Assembly (NCBI GenBank): GCA_964591925.1
Contig: CAZQCK010000002.1
Location: forward strand, 2,647 to 64,757
Direction: 5' to 3'
Source of the DNA: an uncultured Desulfobacterales bacterium
GTDB lineage: Bacteria > Desulfobacterota > DSM-4660 > Desulfatiglandales > HGW-15
DNA: 62,111 nucleotides
Notes under the pieces: model-generated
What the model was told of the DNA's origin: nothing
What the model saw: only the letters and a program-made list of their open reading frames with translations
Databases searched by the model: none
Translations under genes and position numbers: made by a program
Part shown: piece by piece, positions 1-9,875 of the stretch
Numbering within the stretch: the first letter of the stretch is position 1
Layout of the letters: each line of letters starts with the position of its first letter

Positions 1-12
1 ACGGAGGGGCGG

Positions 13-1407
13 ATGTTGAGACGAGAACGGATAGCGGACGTGATGACCCAGGAGCGTGTCGGGTCCCGGACCACGGTGTGCGGGTGGGTGCGCACCAGGC
101 GGGACGCAAAGGCCGGCTTCTCTTTCATCGAGGTCAACGACGGCTCCCGCATGAAGGGACTGCAGGTCGTTGCGGACGGATCGCTGGCCAACTATCGAGA
201 CGAGATTCTCAGGCTTCAGACCGGATGCGCAGTCCGGATCACCGGAGAGATCGTGGCCTCGCCCGGCAAGGGGCAGGACGTGGAGATGCACGCCCAAGAG
301 ATCCGCGTCATTGGGTGGGCGGATCCGGAGGAGTACCCCCTTCAGAAAAAACGCCATTCCTTTGAATTCCTTCGGACCATCGCCCACCTCAGGCCCAGGA
401 CCAATACCTTCGGGGCGGTGGCCCGGGTTCGCAATGCCATGAGCATGGCCATTCACCGGTTCTTTCAGGAACGCGGGTTTCTGTACGTTCACACCCCTAT
501 CATCTCCGGAAGCGATTGCGAAGGAGCCGGAGAAATGTTCCGGGTCACCAGCCTGGACCTGGACCAGCCGCCCCGAGTCGACGGGCGCGTGGATTTCAGC
601 CGGGACTTTTTTCACGGACCTGGATTTCTCACGGTGAGCGGTCAACTGGAAGCCGAGGTCTACGCCCTGGCCATGGGGGACGTTTACACCTTCGGACCCA
701 CATTCCGGGCTGAAAACTCCAACACCTCCCGGCATCTGGCCGAGTTCTGGATGGTGGAACCGGAAATGGCCTTCTGCGACCTGGAAGGAAACATGGACCT
801 GGCCGAGGCCTTTCTCAAATCCATTTTTTCCGAGGTCCTGGACCGCTGCCAAGAGGACATGGCCTTTTTCAACCGGTTTATCGACGACTCTGTCATTGAA
901 ACCCTGAAGAGCATTGTGGCGGAAGACTTCGAGCGGCTCACCTACACGGAAGCCGTGGGCATTCTGGAGAAGGCCGACCGGCGGTTCGACTATCCCGTAT
1001 CCTGGGGGAGCGACCTCCAGTCGGAGCACGAACGGTATCTCTGCGAGCAGGTCTTCAACAAGCCCGTGATCCTGGTGGACTACCCCAGGGAAATCAAGCC
1101 TTTCTACATGAAGGTGAACGAGGACGGCCGAACCGTACGGGCCATGGACGTCCTGGTCCCCAAGGTGGGGGAAATCATCGGCGGAAGCCAGCGGGAGGAT
1201 GACCATGACACCCTCGAAGGCAGGATTCGGGAAACCGGTCTTCGGCCCGAGGAGTACTGGTGGTATCTGGAGCTGCGAAAGTTCGGGTCCACGCCCCATT
1301 CAGGTTTCGGTCTCGGTTTCGAGCGGGTGGTTCAGTTCGCCACGGGCATGGGGAACATACGCGACGTGATCCCCTTTCCTAGAACGCCGGGCAACGTCTC
1401 ATTCTGA
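13..1407 (+). CDS. asnS: asparagine--tRNA ligase
   Basis: 464-aa ORF. N-terminal OB-fold region ([24 protein letters not shown]) and class II core motifs ([33 protein letters not shown]) are typical of AsnRS. The true start may be an internal Met. Confidence 0.9.
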   Translation: MLRRERIADVMTQERVGSRTTVCGWVRTRRDAKAGFSFIEVNDGSRMKGLQVVADGSLANYRDEILRLQTGCAVRITGEIVASPGKGQDVEMHAQEIRVIGWADPEEYPLQKKRHSFEFLRTIAHLRPRTNTFGAVARVRNAMSMAIHRFFQERGFLYVHTPIISGSDCEGAGEMFRVTSLDLDQPPRVDGRVDFSRDFFHGPGFLTVSGQLEAEVYALAMGDVYTFGPTFRAENSNTSRHLAEFWMVEPEMAFCDLEGNMDLAEAFLKSIFSEVLDRCQEDMAFFNRFIDDSVIETLKSIVAEDFERLTYTEAVGILEKADRRFDYPVSWGSDLQSEHERYLCEQVFNKPVILVDYPREIKPFYMKVNEDGRTVRAMDVLVPKVGEIIGGSQREDDHDTLEGRIRETGLRPEEYWWYLELRKFGSTPHSGFGLGFERVVQFATGMGNIRDVIPFPRTPGNVSF

Positions 1408-2105
1408 TGGAGATCATTCGCACGAGACTGGCTGAAGGAGCGAAAGAAGCCCGCGGGACCGCGGTGATAATAGACGTGTTCCGGGCGTTCACCTGCGCGC
1501 CCCTTTTTGTTCACTCCGGCGTAAGCCGTCTTTTTCTGGAAGCCGATCCGGACAGGGCCGCCGCACTGCGAAGAGAGCATCCCGACTGGCTACTGGCCGG
1601 CGAGGTGAATGAAGTGCCCATCAAGGGGGGGGATCTCGGCAACTCGCCCAGTGAAATCCTCGAAAAAGGCGAGGCGTTCTTTCGGGGCAGGACCCTGGTA
1701 CATCGGACCACAGCCGGCGTGACAGGGGCCGCCGCCGCACTCGATAGCGCCGATGAGGTCCTGCTGGGGGGCTTTCTCACGGCCCGGGCCACGGCGCAAT
1801 ATATTCAGAGGCGCAAACCTGATACGGTCACCCTCGTGGCCATGGGCTCGAGGGCGGTGGAACCGGCTCCGGAAGACGAGGCTTGCGCCGCCTATCTGGA
1901 ACACCTCCTGTGCGGAACTGCTTTTGACCCGGTGGCCGCTCTGCAGGACATCCTGTTCGCCCCTTCGACCGCCAAGTTTCTTCGCGGGGGGGCTCCCCAC
2001 CTCCCGCCGGAAGACCCGGTCCTTTGCCTGCAACGGGATCTCCTGGACATGGTGCTCGGGGCGGAACCCCGTCATGGTCGCGTGCTCGTCGAGAGAAGGG
2101 TTTAG
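1407..2105 (+). CDS. 2-phosphosulfolactate phosphatase (ComB) family protein
   Basis: 232 aa with a family-like N-terminal motif (AVIIDVFRAFTCAP). The ATG overlaps the asnS TGA (ATGA). Confidence 0.65.
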   Translation: MEIIRTRLAEGAKEARGTAVIIDVFRAFTCAPLFVHSGVSRLFLEADPDRAAALRREHPDWLLAGEVNEVPIKGGDLGNSPSEILEKGEAFFRGRTLVHRTTAGVTGAAAALDSADEVLLGGFLTARATAQYIQRRKPDTVTLVAMGSRAVEPAPEDEACAAYLEHLLCGTAFDPVAALQDILFAPSTAKFLRGGAPHLPPEDPVLCLQRDLLDMVLGAEPRHGRVLVERRV

Positions 2106-2112
2106 TCTTAAA

Positions 2113-3486
2113 TTATTCCAAATCATACCGCCGAATCTTGCTCAGAAGAACGGGACGGCTGATCTCCAGCACGCGGGCGGCCTGGGACCGGTTGCCCTTG
2201 GTAAGGGCCAGGGCCTTTTGAATCAGATCGCGCTCCAGGCGTCTGGAGGCCCGCTTGATGGACAGTGAGTCCTCCGGCGCCCCTTCGGGCGGGGTCTCCT
2301 CGCCGGCCGTGAGCGAGGCCGGCAGGTCCTCCGGTGCGATCCACGGTTCCGTCGCCAGCAGCACCGCCCTTTCCATGACGTTTTCGAGCTCGCGCACATT
2401 GCCGGGCCAATCGTGCCGTGCCAACACGGACATAACCGGGCGCGAAGCCCCTCTCACATGTCGGCCCAGCTTGCGGTTGAACCGGTGAATGAAGTGATCC
2501 ACGAGGAGGGAGATGTCCCCGCGCCGCTCGCGCAAGGGAGGCAAGTGAATGCTCATCACGTTGATGCGGTAGAAAAGGTCTTCCCGAAAACGCCCCTCCT
2601 CCACCTCGCGGCGCAAATCCCTGGCCGTGGCTGCGATCACCCGGACATCGATCTTGGAAGGCCTGGTCTCACCCAGCGGAATGATTTCCCCCTCCTGAAG
2701 CACCCGAAGAAGCTTTACCTGCAGAGACAGGGGCAGCTCACCCACCTCATCGAGCAGAATGGTTCCCCGATGCGCCTCCCTGAAAAGCCCGGGCTTGTCC
2801 TTCACCGCATCCGTGAATGCGCCCTTTCTGAACCCGAACAGCTCACTCTCCAGCAGATTTTCCGGAATGCCCCCGCAGTTGATGGACACCATGGGTCGGG
2901 AGGACCGGCTGCCGCCGGTGTGGATGGCCCTGGCTACGAGCTCTTTTCCCGTTCCGCTCTCCCCTGAGATCAACACGGTGGTTTTGTGGTCCGCCACGGT
3001 TCGGACCAGATCCATGACACGCGCCATGGAGGCACTGCCTGTTACTATCTCCCCATAGGCGAACCTGGTCTCCAGGTGCTGGACGCGGTCTTTAAGGCGC
3101 AGGTTCTCGCTCTTGAGCCGCTCCCGCTCCTCGACCTTTTTCAGGGTCAGCAGGATCTCGTCCGTCTTGAAGGGTTTGGACACATAGTCATAGGCCCCTT
3201 CCTTCATGGCCTCCACGGCGGTGTCGATGTTCCCGTAAGCACTCATCATGATGACGGTCGTATCAGGAAAGCGCTCTTTCACCCGCCTGAGGAAGGTCAT
3301 ACCGTCCATTTTCGGCATGCGGATATCGCACAGGACGAAGTCGAAGGGAATCGCCTCCATGTGCTCCAGGCCTTCCGCCCCTTCGCCGGCAAGCTCCACC
3401 TCATAACCGGCTTTCTGCAGAATGACCGAGAGCATGTGCCTCATGTTGACCTCATCGTCTATCACCAGGACACGCTGGGCGCTCAT
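2113..3486 (-). CDS. sigma-54-dependent response regulator (NtrC/Fis family)
   Basis: 457 aa. REC domain (VLVIDDE...CDIRMPKMDG), AAA+ sigma-54 interaction domain ([23 protein letters not shown]) and C-terminal Fis-type HTH (GNRSQAARVLEISRPVLLSKI). Confidence 0.9.
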   Translation of the reverse strand: MSAQRVLVIDDEVNMRHMLSVILQKAGYEVELAGEGAEGLEHMEAIPFDFVLCDIRMPKMDGMTFLRRVKERFPDTTVIMMSAYGNIDTAVEAMKEGAYDYVSKPFKTDEILLTLKKVEERERLKSENLRLKDRVQHLETRFAYGEIVTGSASMARVMDLVRTVADHKTTVLISGESGTGKELVARAIHTGGSRSSRPMVSINCGGIPENLLESELFGFRKGAFTDAVKDKPGLFREAHRGTILLDEVGELPLSLQVKLLRVLQEGEIIPLGETRPSKIDVRVIAATARDLRREVEEGRFREDLFYRINVMSIHLPPLRERRGDISLLVDHFIHRFNRKLGRHVRGASRPVMSVLARHDWPGNVRELENVMERAVLLATEPWIAPEDLPASLTAGEETPPEGAPEDSLSIKRASRRLERDLIQKALALTKGNRSQAARVLEISRPVLLSKIRRYDLE

Positions 3487-5105
3487 GGCTCACCCTCCGC
3501 GCCCGGTTGCAGGGGAAGCTGAATAATCACCTCAGTGCCCTGACCCGCTTCACTACTGATGTGAACGGCACCTTCCATGTCTTCCAGAATGCGATGGCTT
3601 ACGTAAAGACCCAGGCCGGTTCCCTTTCCCGGGTCCTTGGTGGTGTAGAAGGGGTCGAAAACCCTTGACAGCTCTTCAGGGGCGATTCCGGGGCCGTTGT
3701 CGGAAATCGTAATGTCGATCCTCGAGCCGCAAGATCGCGTTTCGATCCGAATCACGCCCTCCGCCTCTTCCCTTTCCACCCCTCGCTTTTCATACAAGGC
3801 GTCTCCCGCGTTCATCAGCAGGTTGAGAAACACCTGCCGAAGTCTGCCCGGATCCGCAAAAACAGTGTCCTCGGCGGCATCCGGAACCAACTCGGTCCGG
3901 ACGAATTTCATGGTTTTCTGCGGCTCGAGCATGTCCAGGACCTCCCGAATGAGATCGTGAACCGAAACCGCCTCCGGTTGCTTCTTCGAGGCCCGCGAGA
4001 AATCGAGAAGAGATCGAATGATCCGGCTGATCCTCATGATCTCCATCTCCACCCGCTCGAGGTAATCGGCCCGCTCCGCCTCAGTGGTGTCTTTTCTACC
4101 CATGAGCTCGAGGTAGCCGGGTATGATGCCGATGGGATTGCCTATCTCATGGGCCACCCCCGCAGCCAGACGGCCCACGGAAGCAAGCTTTTCCGAACGG
4201 AGGACCTCGTCCCGGGCCCGCCTGAGGTCCTCGTTGGTCTTTTCGAGCGTTTGGATTTGCTCCCTCATGGCTTCCTTGTTCTGGTCCAGCCTCTTCACCA
4301 TGTGGCTCAGGGAACGGGAAAGCCGGCGGATTTCACTGCCGCTGGTCGCCTCCAGGGGGACCAGAAAATCCCCGCCGGTATACTCCTCGGTCATCTTCAG
4401 CAGCCTGCGGATGGGCCGAACCACGATCCTGGAAAGGAGCACCATGCCCGCCAGGGCAAGGATCAAAGTGTCCAGGATGATATAGAGGAGCACCACCTTC
4501 TGAGAGGCCCGCAGGCTTTCATAGATGGGCACAAGGCTCCCATGCACACTGATGCCGCCAATGGTCCGCCCTTGGTCACGGGCGGGAACGGAGATGCGAA
4601 CCGACTCCGGCGCAAACCACATGACGGCCCAGACCCTGCCTGTGAATTCCACACGCTCCTGACGGGTTCTTGCGGCCCGGGCTGCAAAGGAGCGGTGAGA
4701 CCGCCCGTCCGAGCCGCCTATTGAACCGGTCTCTGCGAGAATATCCCCTCCGGCTCCCACCACGGTCACCATATCGAACCCGCTCTCGGCAAGGAGTTTC
4801 CGGGCCGCCTCCGCCAAATCCCCGCGAGCTTCGGGCAACGCCGTCCATCCCTCCAAAGCCCGGCAAAGCAGCCTTCCCGCCTCGATCCTGGCCCGAATGA
4901 GGTCCCTTTCCGCGAACCGAATCATCACCACATCGCAAAGCAGCATGGCCGCGATGATCAAAAAGCTCAGTTGGGCGATCACGCTCGCCCTTAGACTGAA
5001 GGATGGTAACCGCACCCGCCCCCTCCTCCGGGCCCTTGCCCACCTACCGAGTGATCCTGAATATCGCCGCCTTGTGGACGTTCTTTGCGCCTTGGCGGGA
5101 GACAA
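3483..5105 (-). CDS. sensor histidine kinase (HAMP-HisKA-HATPase)
   Basis: 540 aa with TM segments, an H-box (AAGVAHEIGNP), an N-box (LNLLMNAGDA) and G-boxes (DNGPGI, GTGLGL). It overlaps the regulator gene by 4 nt. The first ~45 codons are Arg-rich, so the true start is probably further in. Confidence 0.85.
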   Translation of the reverse strand: MSPAKAQRTSTRRRYSGSLGRWARARRRGRVRLPSFSLRASVIAQLSFLIIAAMLLCDVVMIRFAERDLIRARIEAGRLLCRALEGWTALPEARGDLAEAARKLLAESGFDMVTVVGAGGDILAETGSIGGSDGRSHRSFAARAARTRQERVEFTGRVWAVMWFAPESVRISVPARDQGRTIGGISVHGSLVPIYESLRASQKVVLLYIILDTLILALAGMVLLSRIVVRPIRRLLKMTEEYTGGDFLVPLEATSGSEIRRLSRSLSHMVKRLDQNKEAMREQIQTLEKTNEDLRRARDEVLRSEKLASVGRLAAGVAHEIGNPIGIIPGYLELMGRKDTTEAERADYLERVEMEIMRISRIIRSLLDFSRASKKQPEAVSVHDLIREVLDMLEPQKTMKFVRTELVPDAAEDTVFADPGRLRQVFLNLLMNAGDALYEKRGVEREEAEGVIRIETRSCGSRIDITISDNGPGIAPEELSRVFDPFYTTKDPGKGTGLGLYVSHRILEDMEGAVHISSEAGQGTEVIIQLPLQPGAEGEP

Positions 5106-5132
5106 AACGCCTTTGGCGATCGTGTGCCTTGC

Positions 5133-5915
5133 TCAGAAGACCAGTCCGAAGTAAAAATCCCGAACCCGCGGGCCGAAGAAAAAGAGAAGCATGGCACCAA
5201 GGGCGAGAAACGGTCCGAACGGGATTCGAACCCGCAATCCACGGCTTGTCAACAGCAGGGCGCCGCCCCCGATGAGAATGCCCAAAAGAGAAGAGGCCAG
5301 GATGACAAAGGGCAGATCCCGCCAGCCCATCCAGGCACCGATCATCGCAAGCAGCTTCACATCACCCAGCCCCATGCCCTCCTTTCCGGTCAATCGCTTG
5401 TACGTCCATCTCACAGCCAGCAGGGACCCGTAGCCCACCCCTGCACCTATCACTGCCTCCGTCCAGGGAATGCGCCACCAGGGGGTCATGGAAGCGGCGA
5501 TCCCTAAAACGATGCCCGGCCTGGAAATCACGTCCGGAATGATCTGGTGCTGAAGATCGACAAAGCTCACCACCAGCAGGGCGGAGACAAAGGCCAGGGA
5601 GAGACCGTAGGTCACGCCGGGGCCGTGGCGAAGCATCAGTGCGAGGCTGAGAAGACCTGTGGCGAGCTCCACCACAGGGTAACGCAGGGATATGGGATCG
5701 CCGCAATGACGGCACCGGCCTCTGAGGAGAAGGTAACCGAGGAGAGGAACATTGTCGTAGAACCGGATGCTTTCTCCGCAGGCGGGACAATGGGACGGAG
5801 GTCGGACGATGGATGCGCCTTCTTGCGGAATGCGGTAAATGCAGACGTTCAGAAAGCTTCCGAGAATCAGCCCGAAGAGAAAGGAGAAAAGGTCGATCAA
5901 AGTATTCGCATCCAT
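5133..5915 (-). CDS. pilD: prepilin peptidase (A24 family)
   Basis: CPACG...CRHCG zinc-knuckle region and multi-TM A24 core. I moved the start to Met30 of the track ORF (5915) because codons 1-29 are encoded by a repeat copy, and the same peptide recurs in two other repeat copies. Confidence 0.85.
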   Translation of the reverse strand: MDANTLIDLFSFLFGLILGSFLNVCIYRIPQEGASIVRPPSHCPACGESIRFYDNVPLLGYLLLRGRCRHCGDPISLRYPVVELATGLLSLALMLRHGPGVTYGLSLAFVSALLVVSFVDLQHQIIPDVISRPGIVLGIAASMTPWWRIPWTEAVIGAGVGYGSLLAVRWTYKRLTGKEGMGLGDVKLLAMIGAWMGWRDLPFVILASSLLGILIGGGALLLTSRGLRVRIPFGPFLALGAMLLFFFGPRVRDFYFGLVF

Positions 5916-5929
5916 GTCGTGGTCCCCAT

Positions 5930-6031
5930 GCGAAGATGCTTCGCTATACGCGGATATGCGAAGTACTGCCGGATGCCGCCGCAGATTCGGTAAACCCGGC
6001 AATCGCTAAGGGTTTTCTCGATTCAGGTTGG
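5930..6031. repeat. truncated copy of the MITE family (right part only)
   Basis: Aligns by eye with the 31738-31869 and 54197-54453 elements (gcttcgctata..tatgcgaag..gccgcagattcggtaaa..cggcaatc..aagggtttt). It ends in a degenerate right TIR, ctcgattcaggt. The left TIR is missing. Confidence 0.65.
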
Positions 6032-6130
6032 TGAAAGGCACGGTCCGCAGTCGCCTGCCCTGAAAAGAAGGCGTTCGTCCTGTGTTCGTCCTGTTGACAA
6101 ATCCCCGGGTGGACGGATAGAATCCCGCTC

Positions 6131-6721
6131 ATGATTCTGAACATCAACCCGGACAACCCGCAGCAAAGGCTCATTCAGCGCGTGGTACACGTGCTGGAGG
6201 AAGGAGGCCTTATCGCCTATCCCACGGACACGTTTTACGGGATCGGGTGTGACCTTCTGAACAAGAAGGGCATTCAGCAGATCTATCGAATCAAGAACCG
6301 CCCCTTGAAAAAACCTTTTTCCATTGTGTGCGACGGGCTCAAGGAAATCAGCCGATACGCCAAGGTCTCCAACTACGCCTACAAGACCATGAAGCGACTG
6401 CTGCCGGGACCGTATACGTTCGTGCTGGAGGGCACCAAGCTGGTTCCCAAGATCATGCTCACCAAACGCAAAACCGTGGGCATCCGGGTTCCGGACAATC
6501 TCATCTCTCTGGGGATCGTCCAAACCCTGGGAAGGCCCATCATCAGTACCAGCGCGGGCCTGGACGACCCTTACGAAATCGAGGAATCTTACAAGCCCTT
6601 TCTGGATGTGGTCGTGGATGGAGGGCCGCTTTACCCCAGCCCTTCGAGCGTAGTCTCCCTGATCGAAGATGTCCCGGAAATCATACGGGAAGGCAAGGGC
6701 GATGTCGGCATCTTCCGCTGA
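6131..6721 (+). CDS. tsaC: L-threonylcarbamoyladenylate synthase (YrdC/TsaC family)
   Basis: 196 aa with a YrdC-domain pattern (LIAYPTDTFYGIGCD...RIKNRPLKKPFSIV...GRPIISTSAG). Confidence 0.85.
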   Translation: MILNINPDNPQQRLIQRVVHVLEEGGLIAYPTDTFYGIGCDLLNKKGIQQIYRIKNRPLKKPFSIVCDGLKEISRYAKVSNYAYKTMKRLLPGPYTFVLEGTKLVPKIMLTKRKTVGIRVPDNLISLGIVQTLGRPIISTSAGLDDPYEIEESYKPFLDVVVDGGPLYPSPSSVVSLIEDVPEIIREGKGDVGIFR

Positions 6722-6767
6722 ACAAGGACCTGCGCCCGCTGGTGGAGACGCCTTCAATGGCGCCCGT

Positions 6768-7754
6768 CTAGGGGGCGCCTGAGGTCAACCCTTCCCAGCG
6801 ATAGGCCGGCCGGGCACGAAGCAGCTCCCCCGCCGCGCGAATCACGCCCCGGGTAGCCCCTTGGACCAGCAGATCCAAAAGCCCGGCAGCGGGTCGCTTT
6901 GGGTAGACCAGGGTCGGCTCGCCCTCGATGTTCCCCATCTCTTTGGCCAGCTCGACCGCGTCCTGGAAGTTTCCCAACCGGTCCACCAGCCCCAGCTCCT
7001 TGGCCCTGGCCCCGGAAAACACCCGGCCGTCCGCGATCGGCCTGATCTCTTCCACAGGCAGGCCGCGTCCCTGGGCCACGGCCTCGACAAACTGATCCTG
7101 GACATCCTGGAGCATCTCCATCATCAGCTCCCGCTCCCGGGACGTCATCTCGCGGTGAGGGGATCCAGTGTCCTTGAACTCCCCGCTCTTGATAACCTCC
7201 ATGCCCACGCCCGCCTTATCCAACAGCTCCTGCAACTGCAGAAACTGCATGATAACGCCGATGCTGCCCAGGATGCTCCCCGGGTTGGCCACGATGCGGT
7301 CCGCCGCCGAGGCGATATAATATCCCCCGGAAGCCGCCACATCGCCGGTGGAGGCAATGACGGGCTTCGTGTCCGCGGTTCTTCGAACTTCCTGGTAGAG
7401 CTCCTGGGCCGGGGCCACACCCCCGCCGGGTGAGTTGATTCGAAGTATGACCACGCGAATGCCGTCGTCTTTCTGAAACTCGAGAAGCTGGGAGAGAAGC
7501 CGTCTAGAATCCTCGATCGTTCCCTCGATGGGGAGAACGCCGATCTTCTTTCCAAAGGGTAGGACCGCTTTTGATGGGCCCAGGACATGGACAACCAGGG
7601 CCATACCGGCGCCGAGAAACACCGCCGCTGCACCGAGAATCGCCAGCACGGTCAGAATGGGTCCGCTTTTCCCTGCAAGGGCCATGATGGGCGTCAGCCT
7701 CCCCCTTTGGTTGACCTGAAAAGGAAACGCCCGGGCGGGCACGAACGGCCGCAC
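6768..7754 (-). CDS. sppA: signal peptide peptidase SppA (36K type)
   Basis: 328 aa, S49 family (VVILRINSPGGGV..., GDVAASGGYYIASAADRIVANPGSILGSIGV). The likely true start is the internal Met before the TM helix (MALAGKSGPILTVLAILG). Confidence 0.85.
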   Translation of the reverse strand: MRPFVPARAFPFQVNQRGRLTPIMALAGKSGPILTVLAILGAAAVFLGAGMALVVHVLGPSKAVLPFGKKIGVLPIEGTIEDSRRLLSQLLEFQKDDGIRVVILRINSPGGGVAPAQELYQEVRRTADTKPVIASTGDVAASGGYYIASAADRIVANPGSILGSIGVIMQFLQLQELLDKAGVGMEVIKSGEFKDTGSPHREMTSRERELMMEMLQDVQDQFVEAVAQGRGLPVEEIRPIADGRVFSGARAKELGLVDRLGNFQDAVELAKEMGNIEGEPTLVYPKRPAAGLLDLLVQGATRGVIRAAGELLRARPAYRWEGLTSGAP

Positions 7755-7784
7755 CGGGCGTCTTCCCGAACCTGACGGCGAAGA

Positions 7785-9668
7785 TCAGTCCGTTTCCGAG
7801 TCGCCGCTTTCCTCTTCCGAAACCCGGGACGGTTCCTCCGGCTCGCTGGAAGGCTCCGGCTCTTCCTCGGTCACGGCCTGCTGGCTCTGCATTTCCCTCA
7901 GAAGTTCGCCGAGGTTTGAGGTCGCCTCTCTCCGGCTGTTCATGTAGTTGCTGTAGACCTCCTTCTCGTCCGTCTCGTCGAGCTTTCGAACGGAAAGGCC
8001 TATCTTTTTCTCCGACCGGTTGACATTGATCACCTTGGACTGAATCACGTCATCCACCTTGAAGTGGCTCAGCGGGCTTCCGGTTTTGTCCTTGGCCAAC
8101 TCGGAGACATGAATCAGCCCCTCGATGCCCTCTTCCAGCTCCAGGAACACACCGAAGTCCGTAATGTTGGTGACTCGTCCCGTGACCTTGGTTCCAGGCC
8201 GGTATTTTTCCGGGACCTCATCCCAGGGATCCGTGGCCATTTGCTTGATCCCGAGAGAAAAGCGTTCGTTCTCCTTGTCGATGTTCAGAACGACGGCCTG
8301 AACCTCCTGGCCCTTCTTGTAGAGCTCTGAGGGGTGCTTGATTCGCTTGGTCCAGGAAATATCACTGATGTGCACCAATCCGTCGATTCCCTCATCGATT
8401 CCTATAAAAACGCCGAAATCGGTAATGTTCTTTATCTTGCCTTCGATGGTGGTCCCCACGGGGTATTTTTCCCCAATGACTTCCCAGGGGTTGGGTTCGG
8501 TCTGCTTCAGGCCGAGCGAAATGCGTTTGCTCTCTTTGTCGATGTTCAGCACCATGGCCTCGACCCCGTCCCCGACCTTGACCACCTGGGAGGGGTGACG
8601 AATCTTGCGCGTCCAGCTCATCTCCGAGATGTGAATCAGACCCTCGATGCCCTGCTCCACTTCCACGAAGGCCCCGTAATCGGCCAGACTTACCACACGG
8701 CCCCTGACTTTGGTGCCCACCGGATATCTCTGATCCGCCTCGGACCAGGGATCCGGCTTCAGCTGTTTCAACCCCAGAGAGACCTTTTCCGTCTCCGGAT
8801 CGAAATTGAGGACCTTCACCTGAATCGAGTCCCCGATCTTGTACATTTCGGAGGGATGGCCTACCCGGCCCCAGGACATATCGGTTATGTGGAGCAGTCC
8901 GTCAATGCCGCCCAGGTCCACGAACAAACCGTAGTCCGTGATGTTTTTAACCACACCGTCGAGAACCGCTCCCTCCTCGAGGATCTTCAGGGTCTCTTTC
9001 TTCTGCGCCGCCCTTTCTTCTTCGAGAATGGCCCGCCTGGAAAGAACGATGTTTCCCCTTCGCCTGTTGTACTTCAGGATCTTGAACTCATGGGTCGTGT
9101 TGATCAAGGCGTCGAAGTCCCTCACGGGCTTCAGATCGATCTGCGAGCCGGGCAGGAAGGCCTGGAGCCCGATGTCCACGGACATGCCCCCCTTGATCCT
9201 GGAAACTATTCGGCCTTCAATGGTCCCGTCGGCCTTGTAGATATCCCGAATGTGATCCCACACCTTGATCTTGGCCGCCTTCTCCTTGGAAAGGATTATG
9301 ACGCCGTCTTCGTCTTCCCTCCTCTCGAGCAGGACGTCGACCTGGTCCCCCACCTCGGCGCTCAGGTTGCCTTCGGCATCCAGGAACTCGCTGATCTGAA
9401 TCTGCCCTTCGGACTTGTAACCGATGTCCACGAGAACAAAATCCTTGTCGATCTGAACAATCTCCCCGCTGACGAGGTCTCCTTCCTGGGGACTCTTCAT
9501 GCTCTCTTCATAGAGCTCCATGAAGCTCTTCTCTTCCCCCCCGGCCCTCTCTTCGGAACCGCGTTCGGCATCCTGATCCGACGCTTCCCGCTCTGCTCCT
9601 GAGTGGATCTGTTCGTCCTCGGTGTTGTTCAGGGTGTTCTCTTCGGTTTGGTTAGTCAATTCGTTCAT
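7785..9668 (-). CDS. rpsA: 30S ribosomal protein S1
   Basis: Six S1 repeats (e.g. GxVxxITDFGVFxxL, GLxHISE). I set the start at Met17 of the track ORF (MNELTNQ), which has a G-rich RBS upstream. Confidence 0.95.
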   Translation of the reverse strand: MNELTNQTEENTLNNTEDEQIHSGAEREASDQDAERGSEERAGGEEKSFMELYEESMKSPQEGDLVSGEIVQIDKDFVLVDIGYKSEGQIQISEFLDAEGNLSAEVGDQVDVLLERREDEDGVIILSKEKAAKIKVWDHIRDIYKADGTIEGRIVSRIKGGMSVDIGLQAFLPGSQIDLKPVRDFDALINTTHEFKILKYNRRRGNIVLSRRAILEEERAAQKKETLKILEEGAVLDGVVKNITDYGLFVDLGGIDGLLHITDMSWGRVGHPSEMYKIGDSIQVKVLNFDPETEKVSLGLKQLKPDPWSEADQRYPVGTKVRGRVVSLADYGAFVEVEQGIEGLIHISEMSWTRKIRHPSQVVKVGDGVEAMVLNIDKESKRISLGLKQTEPNPWEVIGEKYPVGTTIEGKIKNITDFGVFIGIDEGIDGLVHISDISWTKRIKHPSELYKKGQEVQAVVLNIDKENERFSLGIKQMATDPWDEVPEKYRPGTKVTGRVTNITDFGVFLELEEGIEGLIHVSELAKDKTGSPLSHFKVDDVIQSKVINVNRSEKKIGLSVRKLDETDEKEVYSNYMNSRREATSNLGELLREMQSQQAVTEEEPEPSSEPEEPSRVSEEESGDSETD

Positions 9669-9875
9669 CAAGCTATCTACCCCCCCAAATTTTATTGTCC
9701 CGCGCACGGCACACATACAAGACGCCTTTCCTAACAGATATCATTTTGAATTTCAACCCATAAATCCTCCGCTAAGGAGGCCGGCAGAAATAAATTAGTA
9801 TCGTTCAAAAGGTTCGGCATGGTGGCCTCCTAAGCCGGATTTTCCGGCATAAACTCCCATGAGCGGGGGAGGGGT

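Noticed and set aside
5221-5234. gggattcgaacccg, which looks like the reverse complement of a tRNA T-arm
   Set aside because: It lies inside pilD and encodes the conserved C-terminal RVRIPFGPF segment. No acceptor or anticodon stems can be drawn around it.
8334-9602. 422-aa plus-strand ORF (and several shorter ones) across 8.0-9.6 kb
   Set aside because: It is antisense to the strongly recognisable rpsA gene. Its composition is Leu/Gly/His/Pro/Asp-rich with no family resemblance. It is a typical high-GC shadow ORF.
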